64,000 nt of DNA. Source: an uncultured Spirochaetaceae bacterium. Lineage in GTDB: Bacteria > Spirochaetota > Spirochaetia > DSM-27196 > CAZPXH01. How positions within the stretch are numbered: the stretch's first letter is position 1; the number at the start of each line of letters is the position of its first letter. Below, one piece after another: positions 19,464 through 27,863 of the stretch. Made by a program: the position numbers and the translations under genes. The notes beneath the pieces were generated by a model, which saw nothing but the letters and a program-made list of their open reading frames with translations, made no database searches and was not told where the DNA came from. Location of the stretch: the NCBI GenBank assembly GCA_964591085.1, contig CAZPXH010000003.1, positions 158,426 through 222,425 of the forward strand. Reading direction: 5' to 3'.

Positions 19464-20784
19464 GGAGCACCCTGGCGAACTCCCCCAGTCCGAGGGAATT
19501 TGCCGCCTTGAGGTAGATCAGCACGCCTTCGCCGGGCTGGATGAGTGATTGCAATTCGCTCACATCTGCGGCGCGCTCCACTGTGACTGACAGACGTGGC
19601 GAAGGTTCGGGAACCCGTCCCACCAGAACAAGGCGTCCGGGCTCAAGCCGGGCCAACTCCGCGAACACGCTATCCCAGGCAGCACCCGCCCACTCGCCGA
19701 GCTCGGCCATCTCACCGAGCACCAGCCAGAGATCACGGTTCTCCCGGCGGGCCTGCGTTGCCGCCATGCGGATTCCGGCAAGCATGGAGGCTGGGGCCGC
19801 GTTGTAGGTGTCGTCTATCAGGGTGAAGAGACCACGGCTTATCTGCGCGCGCCCCGGAAGCTGCTGCATCGCCTCCAGCCCCGCTTTCCAGTCCGCAAAG
19901 GTGCAGCCGAAGAGCTGGGAAGCACGGATGGCACAGATGGCGTTTCGGGCGTGATGCCACCCCTGGTCGGAAAGCGTAATCAGTCCTTCCGCAAACCGCA
20001 GGACAACACCACCATCAGTTTCCACGATCTCCGTATCGTCGTGCCAGCGGATCTGGCCGCGCTGACTGGCCAGTGCGGAGCGGACCCGGGAATCGTCACC
20101 TGGTGCCACCACCGATACGTCAGCAGACCACACGATGGAGAGCTTTTCCTTCAACACGCCGTCAGGACCGCCAACCATTCCGGCATGCGCGGTCCCGATG
20201 TTGGTGATCACCACAGGATCCGGGCGGGCAATGGAGACAAGCTCCGCGATCTCGCCGGGCCGGTTCATTCCCATCTCCAGCACCGCAACTTCGGCGTCCT
20301 CCGGGAAACGAAGAACCTCCAGGGGAAGCCCGATTGCCGAATTGAAGTTTGCACGGGTCATGGCTGTCTTAACGCGTTGCCCGAGAATGGCGGCGAGTGC
20401 TTCCTTGGTGCCGGTTTTGCCCGTGCTACCGGTGATTCCCACGCGGCGGAGATCCGATCGGCGCAGCAACAGAAGCGAAGCGAGCTCCTGGAGCGTGGAA
20501 AGCACATCAGTGCACCGGATCACGCAGACGCCATCGGGCACATCACGCCGGGCAATGCGGTCGGCCCGCACAAGAACCACGCCGGCCCCGCGGTCTACGG
20601 CGTCCTGCACAAAACGGTGACCATCCGTGTGCGTGCCTGGTAGCGCGGCAAACGCAGACCCCGGACCCACGGAGCGGCTGTCAATGACAAACTCTCCCAG
20701 AGCCGAGTCCGCGCGCTGCAGCGGATCACCAATGACCTCGGTAACGGAGCTTAGTTCCCGGAAATCCGTGAGTCTGACCGTCAT
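19423..20784 (-). CDS. murF: UDP-MurNAc-tripeptide--D-Ala-D-Ala ligase MurF
   Basis: 453 aa. Mur ligase P-loop GITGSTGKTGTKE, central and C-terminal Mur ligase domains (DDTYNAAPASM). Confidence 0.92.
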   Translation of the reverse strand: MTVRLTDFRELSSVTEVIGDPLQRADSALGEFVIDSRSVGPGSAFAALPGTHTDGHRFVQDAVDRGAGVVLVRADRIARRDVPDGVCVIRCTDVLSTLQELASLLLLRRSDLRRVGITGSTGKTGTKEALAAILGQRVKTAMTRANFNSAIGLPLEVLRFPEDAEVAVLEMGMNRPGEIAELVSIARPDPVVITNIGTAHAGMVGGPDGVLKEKLSIVWSADVSVVAPGDDSRVRSALASQRGQIRWHDDTEIVETDGGVVLRFAEGLITLSDQGWHHARNAICAIRASQLFGCTFADWKAGLEAMQQLPGRAQISRGLFTLIDDTYNAAPASMLAGIRMAATQARRENRDLWLVLGEMAELGEWAGAAWDSVFAELARLEPGRLVLVGRVPEPSPRLSVTVERAADVSELQSLIQPGEGVLIYLKAANSLGLGEFARVLRAELPQSVEASRA

Positions 20785-21077
20785 CCCCCGCCCCCGGTGT
20801 CCCCATCGGTCTCCTGGTGCAGGCGCAGCAGAATCACAGCTTCGTCAGGAAGCACTTCCAGCCCCGCAGCCTCCGCAAGCGGCAGGATGCGCGCCGGCGA
20901 GCGAAGCTCCGCAATCTCTGCCAGAGCTTGCCGGTTTGCCTCCGCAAGGCGCTGCTGGGCAGCCAGGAGATTACTTACGCGCGATTCCAGCTGGTAGTAT
21001 CGGTATGCCTGCCAGGTGTTGATCCCGACCAGCCCAACAAGGCCTACCAGCAGCAGGGCAAGGACGGATCGCTTCAC
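20781..21077 (-). CDS. ftsL: FtsL-like cell division protein
   Basis: The GTG at 21077 forms a GTGA overlap with the rsmH stop. The 98-aa product has a basic N-terminus, TM VLALLLVGLVGLVGI and a coiled coil (NLLAAQQRLAEANRQALAEIAELRS). Canonical position after rsmH. The track ORF to 21194 overlaps rsmH and is over-extended. Confidence 0.55.
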   Translation of the reverse strand: MKRSVLALLLVGLVGLVGINTWQAYRYYQLESRVSNLLAAQQRLAEANRQALAEIAELRSPARILPLAEAAGLEVLPDEAVILLRLHQETDGDTGGGG

Positions 21078-22015
21078 GCGGCCTCCCCGGTCCGGCGGAT
21101 TGCGCGGAGATGAGCGCTGCGCGCAGCAGAATTTTCTTGCACTTCCAGCTCTCCGGGTGAAACCGGCTTTGCCGTGAGCAGCAGGTGTCCGCATTCCCGT
21201 GAAAAGCGGCGGAAGGCATGCTTCACAATGCGGTCCTCGCCGGAGTGAAAGCTTATAACAATGAGGGTTCCGCTTGGCCTCAGGAGTTCAAGCGCAGCAT
21301 CAAGCGCACGCTCCAGTCTGCCGTATTCGTCATTCACTGCAATTCTGAGCGCCTGGAAGGTCCGGGTAGCAGGGTGAATACGTCCGTTCCGGAACTGCGG
21401 CGGAACTTCCCGCCGGATAGCCTCCGCAACCTCGGCAGCGCTGATCTCCGGGTCCCGTTCCGCGCAGTCCTTGAGAACCCTGGCAATACGGCCGGTGAAG
21501 CGCTCGTCACTGTACAGGTGGATGAGCTCGGCAAGCCGATCCTCCGGCGTGGACCGGATGAACTGAACGGCGTCGGGCCCGGCAGAAGGATCGAGGCGCA
21601 AGTCCAGGGGAGCGTTCTCCGTGAAGGAAATCCCCAGGCCGCGCTCCCGCAGGTGGACCATTGAGATTCCCAGGTCCATCAACACGGCCCAGGACCGCCC
21701 GGGGCCCCCGCCCCGGTCGACCTCGTCCCTGAGTACGTCGTCGTACCAACCGTGCCGGAAGCGGACCCGCTCGCCGTAGCGCGCCAGTCGTTCCCGGGCC
21801 CGGGCCATCATCTGCACATCCGCGTCTATCGCCAGAATGCGCAGGGCAGGATAGCGCTGCAGGAGTACGGCCGAATGCCCGCCTTCTCCGACAGTGGCGT
21901 CAATGAGTTGTGCATCGGCCGGTGGGTATCCAAGGTGTTCAATCACCTCATCAACCATCACCGGCACGTGGATCGGCTGCACGGTTCCCCCTCCCAGTAG
22001 ACCGGTCCGCGACAC
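21074..22015 (-). CDS. rsmH: 16S rRNA (cytosine1402-N4)-methyltransferase RsmH (MraW)
   Basis: HVPVMVDEVIEHL, DATVGEGGHS, DLGISMVHL, ISFHSGEDRIVK motifs. Likely true start is the GTG at 21982 (MQPIHVPVM...), preceded by GGGAGGGGG. Confidence 0.95.
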   Translation of the reverse strand: MSRTGLLGGGTVQPIHVPVMVDEVIEHLGYPPADAQLIDATVGEGGHSAVLLQRYPALRILAIDADVQMMARARERLARYGERVRFRHGWYDDVLRDEVDRGGGPGRSWAVLMDLGISMVHLRERGLGISFTENAPLDLRLDPSAGPDAVQFIRSTPEDRLAELIHLYSDERFTGRIARVLKDCAERDPEISAAEVAEAIRREVPPQFRNGRIHPATRTFQALRIAVNDEYGRLERALDAALELLRPSGTLIVISFHSGEDRIVKHAFRRFSRECGHLLLTAKPVSPGELEVQENSAARSAHLRAIRRTGEAA

Positions 22016-22020
22016 CTCCG

Positions 22021-22461
22021 TCAGAACGAGACGAGTCCTCCCAGTTCTTCGGCCGCCTCCTGCAGCTCCCGCTCGCTTTCCTCTTCGTAAGCGGCGTAGC
22101 CTTCGCTATCCCACAGTTCCATGTACTTCTCCATGACCAGGAGCGTGACGTCCCGTTCCATGCCTGCTGACTCAAGCAGAGCGTTGGGAACGTTCACCCG
22201 CCCACTCCGGTCAATCTCAACCTCCTGCGCCGGAGCAATGATGCGCCGTTGCAGGAGCCTTCCTCGACGGGAGAACGGGGAGGCAGCCTTCAGCAGATCC
22301 TCCGCAACTCCCGTCCACACCGTCGGTGGGAAAATCCAGAGGCAGCGGTCCACCGCTCGGGTCACCACAACGGCTGCCCCGGCAATCTCTGCGCGCACCT
22401 TGGATGGAATCAGCAGGCGCCCCTTGTCATCCAGGGACAGGTGGAATTCACCGGTATTCAT
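22021..22461 (-). CDS. mraZ: Transcriptional regulator MraZ
   Basis: 146 aa. Duplicated SpoVT/AbrB-like halves with DDKGRLLIPSKVR and IDRSGRVNVPNALL. AGGAGG RBS (complement of 22473-22478). Confidence 0.93.
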   Translation of the reverse strand: MNTGEFHLSLDDKGRLLIPSKVRAEIAGAAVVVTRAVDRCLWIFPPTVWTGVAEDLLKAASPFSRRGRLLQRRIIAPAQEVEIDRSGRVNVPNALLESAGMERDVTLLVMEKYMELWDSEGYAAYEEESERELQEAAEELGGLVSF

Positions 22462-22481
22462 GACCGATTCGCCCTCCTGTT

Positions 22482-22516
22482 ACCACTGCCTGCCCCTCTC
22501 TGCCACTTTTTCCCAC
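22482..22516 (-). promoter_or_regulatory. Array of four MraZ-box-like direct repeats at exact 10-bp spacing
   Basis: Minus strand: GTGGG(22516-22512)-N5-GTGGC(22506-22502)-N5-GGGGC(22496-22492)-N5-GTGGT(22486-22482). The array sits between the candidate -10 and the mraZ RBS. It resembles the GTGG[GT]/TGGGN repeats bound by MraZ in E. coli and Mollicutes. Confidence 0.5.
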
Positions 22517-22527
22517 CAGTTGGTGAC

Positions 22528-22555
22528 AGCATACCGGGCCTGAGAGCGATGTCAA
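22528..22555 (-). promoter_or_regulatory. Candidate sigma70-type promoter of the mraZ/dcw operon
   Basis: The minus strand reads TTGACA (22555-22550), a 16-nt spacer, then TATGCT (22533-22528), about 70 nt upstream of the mraZ ATG. Confidence 0.5.
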
Positions 22556-22675
22556 CGTTGTCGACAGAACAAGGGCGCTGTTTTCGCCACGGGAGGAAGA
22601 AGTGCTTAACGCTTGTGTAGTAATGAATGTTCCGGCGGCGGAATCACCGGGGAATTACAGAGGCTGGAGCTAAGC

Positions 22676-24310
22676 TCAGACCGATATCTTGCCGAAGCCC
22701 ATCGGCGCGGACCCGTTGCTCCGGAAGCTTCGGTAGTCCAGTTCCGGGAAAACATTGTTCTTGCGCTCAATCCGGGTCAGCCACGCCGTGGCCACGTTGC
22801 CGCGACTGAGAGAGTCATAGATGCGGGTGAAGTTGTAGATGTGCTCCTTTACCCGCCGCACCGCATAGGACACGGAAGCGTCCCCGCGCATGATGAAAGG
22901 CCAGTCCGAGCCTTGCGCCAGCAGAACCTCTCTGGCAGCCTGATCAAGCGCGCGCTTCTTCAGCCCGTCCTGGTCGGGAAAGCGCTCGCAGAGCTCACTC
23001 ATCCGTTCCACCGCCTTGTGAAGGTGGCGGTATATCCAGTCATTCTTGCCGTCCAGCCACACCTCGCTGTAACCCTTGGTCCCCCAGCTGGAGAACTGCG
23101 CGTCCACCTGTGGGAACGATGTCAGGGAGTGGAGGACCTTCCCGGGGCTTGCGAGCTGCAGGTCATCGCGCCGGGCAAGCTGGATCGCGAGTTCATTGAT
23201 CCAGTCAATTCCCTCAAACCACCAGTGTCCAAAGAGCTCGGCATCAAAGGGAGCGGTCACAACCAGCGGCTGGTCCGGGAGCACCTCTCGGACATCGCGG
23301 AGCTGCGCTACCTGCTCCTCAATAAATCGCCGCGCATGCTCCCTCACCCGTTCCCGGGCATGGTCCGGCCGGTAGGGCACCTTTTCACCGGTACGCCCCG
23401 TGATGGCCCAGTACTTGAACCCGGTTGTGGTACGGATGCTTTCGTCGTGGACGTAGGGATGGATGTAGGGTCCGATGTAGTCAAGCGGGAGGTCATACCC
23501 GATGTCACGGTAGAAGTCCCGGTAGTCCGGATGGGCAGGAAAACCGTCATCCGGATTCCAGACCTGACGCGCGGACAGAACGTCACGCGGGAAGGCGTGC
23601 AGCCCGGACGGGAGCTGCACTGGCGCAAAGGTACCGGTGGGCGGAGGATCTCCACTGAGCAGAACCCCGTGCGCCGCCAGTACCGTGTATTCAATTCCGT
23701 GCTCCGACAGAGCCGGTTCCAACGCTGGGGTGAACCCGCATTCGGGCAACCACATTCCCCGCGGTAGCGAGCCAAAATTTCGCTGAAAGGTGTCCAGCCC
23801 GGCCTGCACCTGAGCGTGCACCGCCTGGGGCTTGTCCTCAAACAGCGGAAGGTACGGGTGCGTCCCCGGGCAGGTCAGCAGCTCAAGTCGGCCGCGCTTC
23901 TGGAGTAGATCAAACTGGCGGGCGATGTGACCCTCATATCGCTCAAAGTCTGCGATGTTGTCAGCGATGCGCCCATGGTACATCCGGGCAAGCGGCTCGA
24001 ATGCGGGGTCGCCGGCGCTACGCTGGAGTTCACGCTCGGAGAGCTCGCGCTGTCGCTGCATGAAGGCGCGATAGCGGTCCCGAAGCAACTCGTCCTCCAG
24101 CATCAGCAGTAAGGTAGGGCTCAGGCTGATGGCCAGCGGAGCTTCCACGCCGTCGGTCTCCAGCGTGGAGAGAACCCGGAGCAGAGGAAGGTAGGTCTCA
24201 GAAATCGCCTCAAAGAGCCAGATCTCCTCCAGGAAGTTGTCGTACTCCGGGTGCCGGATATACGGAAGGTGTGCGTGGAGCAGGAGAATGAGGCGGGCCG
24301 GTTGGGCCAT
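22676..24310 (-). CDS. GH57-family 1,4-alpha-glucan branching enzyme
   Basis: 544 aa. N-terminal LLLHAHLPYIRHPEY, ...WLPECGF..., FDAELFGHWWFEG typical of GH57 branching enzymes. Confidence 0.9.
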   Translation of the reverse strand: MAQPARLILLLHAHLPYIRHPEYDNFLEEIWLFEAISETYLPLLRVLSTLETDGVEAPLAISLSPTLLLMLEDELLRDRYRAFMQRQRELSERELQRSAGDPAFEPLARMYHGRIADNIADFERYEGHIARQFDLLQKRGRLELLTCPGTHPYLPLFEDKPQAVHAQVQAGLDTFQRNFGSLPRGMWLPECGFTPALEPALSEHGIEYTVLAAHGVLLSGDPPPTGTFAPVQLPSGLHAFPRDVLSARQVWNPDDGFPAHPDYRDFYRDIGYDLPLDYIGPYIHPYVHDESIRTTTGFKYWAITGRTGEKVPYRPDHARERVREHARRFIEEQVAQLRDVREVLPDQPLVVTAPFDAELFGHWWFEGIDWINELAIQLARRDDLQLASPGKVLHSLTSFPQVDAQFSSWGTKGYSEVWLDGKNDWIYRHLHKAVERMSELCERFPDQDGLKKRALDQAAREVLLAQGSDWPFIMRGDASVSYAVRRVKEHIYNFTRIYDSLSRGNVATAWLTRIERKNNVFPELDYRSFRSNGSAPMGFGKISV

Positions 24311-24960
24311 CAGCGGAGATCCGCTTCCAGACGCGCGAGTGCCTCGTCAGGGCGGTGCGCGAGCGACGTATAGAGAGACGGAAGCCCGGAAGCTTCCAGG
24401 ACCTGCCGAACAGCAGGATCCTTGCGAGGCAGCTCGTCCAGCCCGGGGGCGGGTACATCAATGGTGTTGGAAAGCGCGAGGCGGACTTCCCGTGATCCAA
24501 AGGTCATACCGAGTTCAACCGAATAGGTGGTTCCCTGCCGCGGCAGGTTGATGTACCAGGAGCTGTCTTCAGGGCTCAGTGGAATGGTGAACGCATCGCC
24601 AGCGCCGGCCGGCCCGAAGTGATCGATTACCCGGAGGAACAGGGACTCCTGGGTGGTCTTCCGGAGCCAACTGCGAAGGTCAAAGCGAAGGTTCCAGAAC
24701 GCGTATGCCCAGGATGGATCACGGAGGAGAAGCGTTATTTCGGTCTGGTTGTAGCTGTCCGGTAGCGCGGTTTCGTCGTCGGCGTCGTGGTCGGCCAGCA
24801 GCTCTTCCAGTTGCACATTGTTGTACTTAACCAGTTGAACCCGGACGTTCTCAGACTCGGTGCTTTCCCGCTCCAGGCGCGCCTCTTCAAGAGCCTCAAA
24901 GACAAGTTCTTCAAGGATTTCACGGCGAGCCCCTTCCGGAACGTCAATCCTGAAATGCAC
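24310..24960 (-). CDS. DUF4912-like protein (usual partner of GH57 branching enzymes)
   Basis: 216 aa. ITLLLRDPSWAYAFWNLRFDL core. ATGA overlap with the GH57 gene. GTG start. Confidence 0.6.
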   Translation of the reverse strand: MHFRIDVPEGARREILEELVFEALEEARLERESTESENVRVQLVKYNNVQLEELLADHDADDETALPDSYNQTEITLLLRDPSWAYAFWNLRFDLRSWLRKTTQESLFLRVIDHFGPAGAGDAFTIPLSPEDSSWYINLPRQGTTYSVELGMTFGSREVRLALSNTIDVPAPGLDELPRKDPAVRQVLEASGLPSLYTSLAHRPDEALARLEADLR

Positions 24961-25063
24961 GACAAGCTGCTCTATCAGCCTCGCGGGCGCACTTCGGAGA
25001 CGGTCGCGTGTCAGGCGGAACCCCCTTTGTGAGTGGAAGGGTAGGTAATGGGCAGAACCGGTG

Positions 25064-25987
25064 TCAAGGAGAGCGATTCAGGATGAACTCTGTGTCCCAC
25101 TGCCCTCCCGAGACATCACGCATGTGCAGTCGAAAGCGGATTTCAGTTCCGGGTGGAGTCCCCAGTCTGACGCCGCGGAGGAGAGAGGGCAGACTTCCGG
25201 CATCTAGCATGGCGGGGTCCGCGGGAGCAGCACGAAAGTCCCAGGAATAGATCACTGTTTCACCAGTATCCGGCTGTATCTCCAGCCGAAGCAGGTGAAT
25301 GCCTGCTGCGCTTTGTGCGGGCACAGCCAGCAGAAGCCAATCAGCGTACCAGTCCACCGCGCGGGCAACCCCGCCAGGCGCCGGGAGCACAAGCTCGCGC
25401 TCCACACGTTCCACCATCGGCTCAGCCCCGGCCTGGCCGCCGGTCCCGCCGGGCTCCTGGGCGCTTTCAGAACCCACGGAACTGTCGATAGCCCGCACAA
25501 TTTCCCCGCTGAGCGAAAGCAGCGGCATACCAACTCGCAGACCCGGCAGTGCCTGTGGGACGGAACCCGGTGTCGCGGCTTCGGGTTCCGGTGCCGAACT
25601 GAAGAACCGCGACGCTGCGTATCGCCGCTCACCGTCTGCGTCGGACACCCGAACCCTCGCAGGGTCTCCAGGTGTTTGGGGGAACTCCAGAACCAGGTTG
25701 AGTCCGTCCGGCATCCGGTAGACCAGGACAGGGCCGACAGGCTGCATGCCGTAGGGAATGGCAGGGTCAATTCTCGCCTGCTCCCGTGCCAGACTGTCCA
25801 TCTCCGGTGCAGGTGCGCTTTCCTGTGGAGGGCTCAGCGGCAAGCGAAAGCGAAGCTCGGGGTCCGGATCCTCCACGGATGCCGGCGGAAAGGGCCACGG
25901 CCAAGCGGCGAGCCGCGGAAACGGCACGACAAGCACAAGCAGTAGGACAATGCGGACCGTTAGCCAGGGCCGTAGGTTCTGCTTCAT
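25064..25987 (-). CDS. Hypothetical exported/membrane-anchored protein
   Basis: The ATG at 25987 forms an ATGA overlap with the upstream ORF stop. N-terminal hydrophobic segment LTVRIVLLLVLVVPFP. No family recognised. Confidence 0.6.
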   Translation of the reverse strand: MKQNLRPWLTVRIVLLLVLVVPFPRLAAWPWPFPPASVEDPDPELRFRLPLSPPQESAPAPEMDSLAREQARIDPAIPYGMQPVGPVLVYRMPDGLNLVLEFPQTPGDPARVRVSDADGERRYAASRFFSSAPEPEAATPGSVPQALPGLRVGMPLLSLSGEIVRAIDSSVGSESAQEPGGTGGQAGAEPMVERVERELVLPAPGGVARAVDWYADWLLLAVPAQSAAGIHLLRLEIQPDTGETVIYSWDFRAAPADPAMLDAGSLPSLLRGVRLGTPPGTEIRFRLHMRDVSGGQWDTEFILNRSP

Positions 25988-27042
25988 TGCCGATCCCACA
26001 AGAGCACCTGCACCTGGCCCCCGGTGTAGCCGAGCAGCACCCGGGACCCATCGGACTCCATGCTGGTTGCCGGCCCCGGCAGGGGATAGCTGAAACTGAT
26101 GCGACTATCCGAGTCCACCAGGTCCAGGATCGCGGTTCCGCTGTGCAGCGTCCGCAGGAGCAACAGCGAGCCATCGTCCAGAGGCAGGCTGTCTGTGAGG
26201 ATCCCCGGAAGGCTCCGGAGCAGGCGGAGCCGGGGGAGGCTCAGGACCAGGCTCTCCCCTGAGTGCGGGACCGCTGCAAGCCCCACCGCCGCCAGCCGAA
26301 GAGGCCGGGAGAGAGCGGGGTTGATCCCGTCAAGCCGCCGGAACTCGGGACCAGACCGTGCACCCGCGAGGGCTTCATTGGAAAGGACCGCTATCCAGGA
26401 CTCTCCGTCTGCAGCAATCCCCAGGACCGGTGCGCCGGTTTCCCGCCGGATTACTTGCGGCGGGGAGTTGTCAGGAGACGCAACAACGCTGACCAGAGCA
26501 CCGCTTGCAAAGCCCAGGTACAGCGTACCCTTCGGATCGCTCGCGACGGAGCTCAGTGGCATGGCATCAGCAACCCTCACGGGGTCGGCACCAGGGATGG
26601 GGACGGTGACCACACTTCCGCTCGCGTCCAGAAGCGCATGGGTGCCCGGAGGTATCAACGGGAATCCGTTGTGGGGTCCGTCTACCGCACCCCGGTTCCA
26701 CAGAAGGTGCTCATCCCTGCCCCGCATCACCGCAAGGCGATCTCCGTCCGTGACCGCACTGCCCGGCATAGTCGCAACGCGCAAGGGTTGGGGCAGCGGC
26801 ACCACTGTGCCGCTGGTCTCGGCTTCAGTTGGTCCCGGGACACCAACGATTTCGCCGTTTGGGAGGCGAAGGAGCAGATGCTCGCGCAGGCCAGCGGGGG
26901 AGATCTCACCAAGGTCGGAGGAAGAATGAAGCCGGCCCGCAGAAAGCCGCTGCCCGGGAGCGGGAGACAGCGGGAGAAGGAAGGCCCATGACAGCCCCAG
27001 AAGGGACAACAGAAAGCCGAGTAGTGCTCTGGCGGAGTTCAC
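25984..27042 (-). CDS. Hypothetical secreted protein (repetitive beta-rich, possibly propeller-like)
   Basis: 352 aa. Signal-peptide-like N-terminus ALLGFLLSLLGLSWAFLL. GTGA overlap with the upstream ORF. No family recognised. Confidence 0.6.
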   Translation of the reverse strand: MNSARALLGFLLSLLGLSWAFLLPLSPAPGQRLSAGRLHSSSDLGEISPAGLREHLLLRLPNGEIVGVPGPTEAETSGTVVPLPQPLRVATMPGSAVTDGDRLAVMRGRDEHLLWNRGAVDGPHNGFPLIPPGTHALLDASGSVVTVPIPGADPVRVADAMPLSSVASDPKGTLYLGFASGALVSVVASPDNSPPQVIRRETGAPVLGIAADGESWIAVLSNEALAGARSGPEFRRLDGINPALSRPLRLAAVGLAAVPHSGESLVLSLPRLRLLRSLPGILTDSLPLDDGSLLLLRTLHSGTAILDLVDSDSRISFSYPLPGPATSMESDGSRVLLGYTGGQVQVLLWDRQ

Positions 27043-27860
27043 GCGCCGGCAGAGCTGCGCCTGCCGGACTCCCGGTTCTGCTCGTCAGCTTCCATCCGGT
27101 TCTTCCACACCCCCGCCTGCCGCTTCACGCGCTCCGAATCGTCCGCCTCACCCAGAACCATGTGGATTCGGCGCAAGGCGTTCAAATATGCGATTGCCTG
27201 GCGGAAGTCATCCGCTCGCTGTGTGCTGAGCTCGTACTTCTCCCGATACCGATCCGCCGCGTGCTGGAGCAGCTGCTTTGCCAGATCCAGGTGGGCGAGG
27301 CGCTCGCGGTATCCTTCCACCCGCGGGTCCAGGCCGGCGACCACGGAGCGGAGGTTCATCAAGTTCTTCACCACTGCGGCGAGGCGGCCGTCCAGCTCAA
27401 CAAAGCTCCAGCGCCACTTTGACTCCTTGCCGTAGGCATCCTCCACCGCAGTAATTGTGTAGCCAAGCTTCCGCGCGATGTTGTAGCGCTGTTCCGTTGA
27501 GATGTTGGTGAGGCTCTCATGCCGGTCCTCGTACTCGGAGAACGGCACGTCTATGTAGTTGGTGACAACTTCCTCCAGCTTGATCACCGCGTCGTAGCAG
27601 ATCTTCCGGCCCTCGCCGAGATACTTCTCGTTCTTGACGCCAAGGAGGTTCTCAGAGGCGGCGTTCATCACCAGGTAGTGGCTGGCCACCGCAAGGCGCT
27701 TGTCAGCAACCATGAAGCGCTTGGCACTGGCTCCAGGATCCCCGTCAATGACTGACTGAGAGATTGAGTTCGCGCGTTGATCCAGCGCTTCTATTTCACG
27801 CTTGTACTGCTGAATCCTGCCGTTGAAGCGCTGTCTGGCTTCCTCGCTTACGCGTCCCAT
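27039..27860 (-). CDS. Hypothetical cytoplasmic all-helical protein
   Basis: 273 aa. No signal peptide, charged helical repeats, clean ATG 3 nt after the recN stop. No family recognised. Confidence 0.7.
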   Translation of the reverse strand: MGRVSEEARQRFNGRIQQYKREIEALDQRANSISQSVIDGDPGASAKRFMVADKRLAVASHYLVMNAASENLLGVKNEKYLGEGRKICYDAVIKLEEVVTNYIDVPFSEYEDRHESLTNISTEQRYNIARKLGYTITAVEDAYGKESKWRWSFVELDGRLAAVVKNLMNLRSVVAGLDPRVEGYRERLAHLDLAKQLLQHAADRYREKYELSTQRADDFRQAIAYLNALRRIHMVLGEADDSERVKRQAGVWKNRMEADEQNRESGRRSSAGA

Positions 27861-27863
27861 AGC

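Noticed and set aside
18324-19511. 395-aa plus-strand ORF antisense to mraY. Analogous ORFs occur at 22613-23767, 36310-37140 (-), 37489-38331 (-), 41438-42394 (-) and 43357-44097 (-).
   Set aside because: Same reasoning as above. All are antisense or out of frame to recognisable genes and lack motifs.
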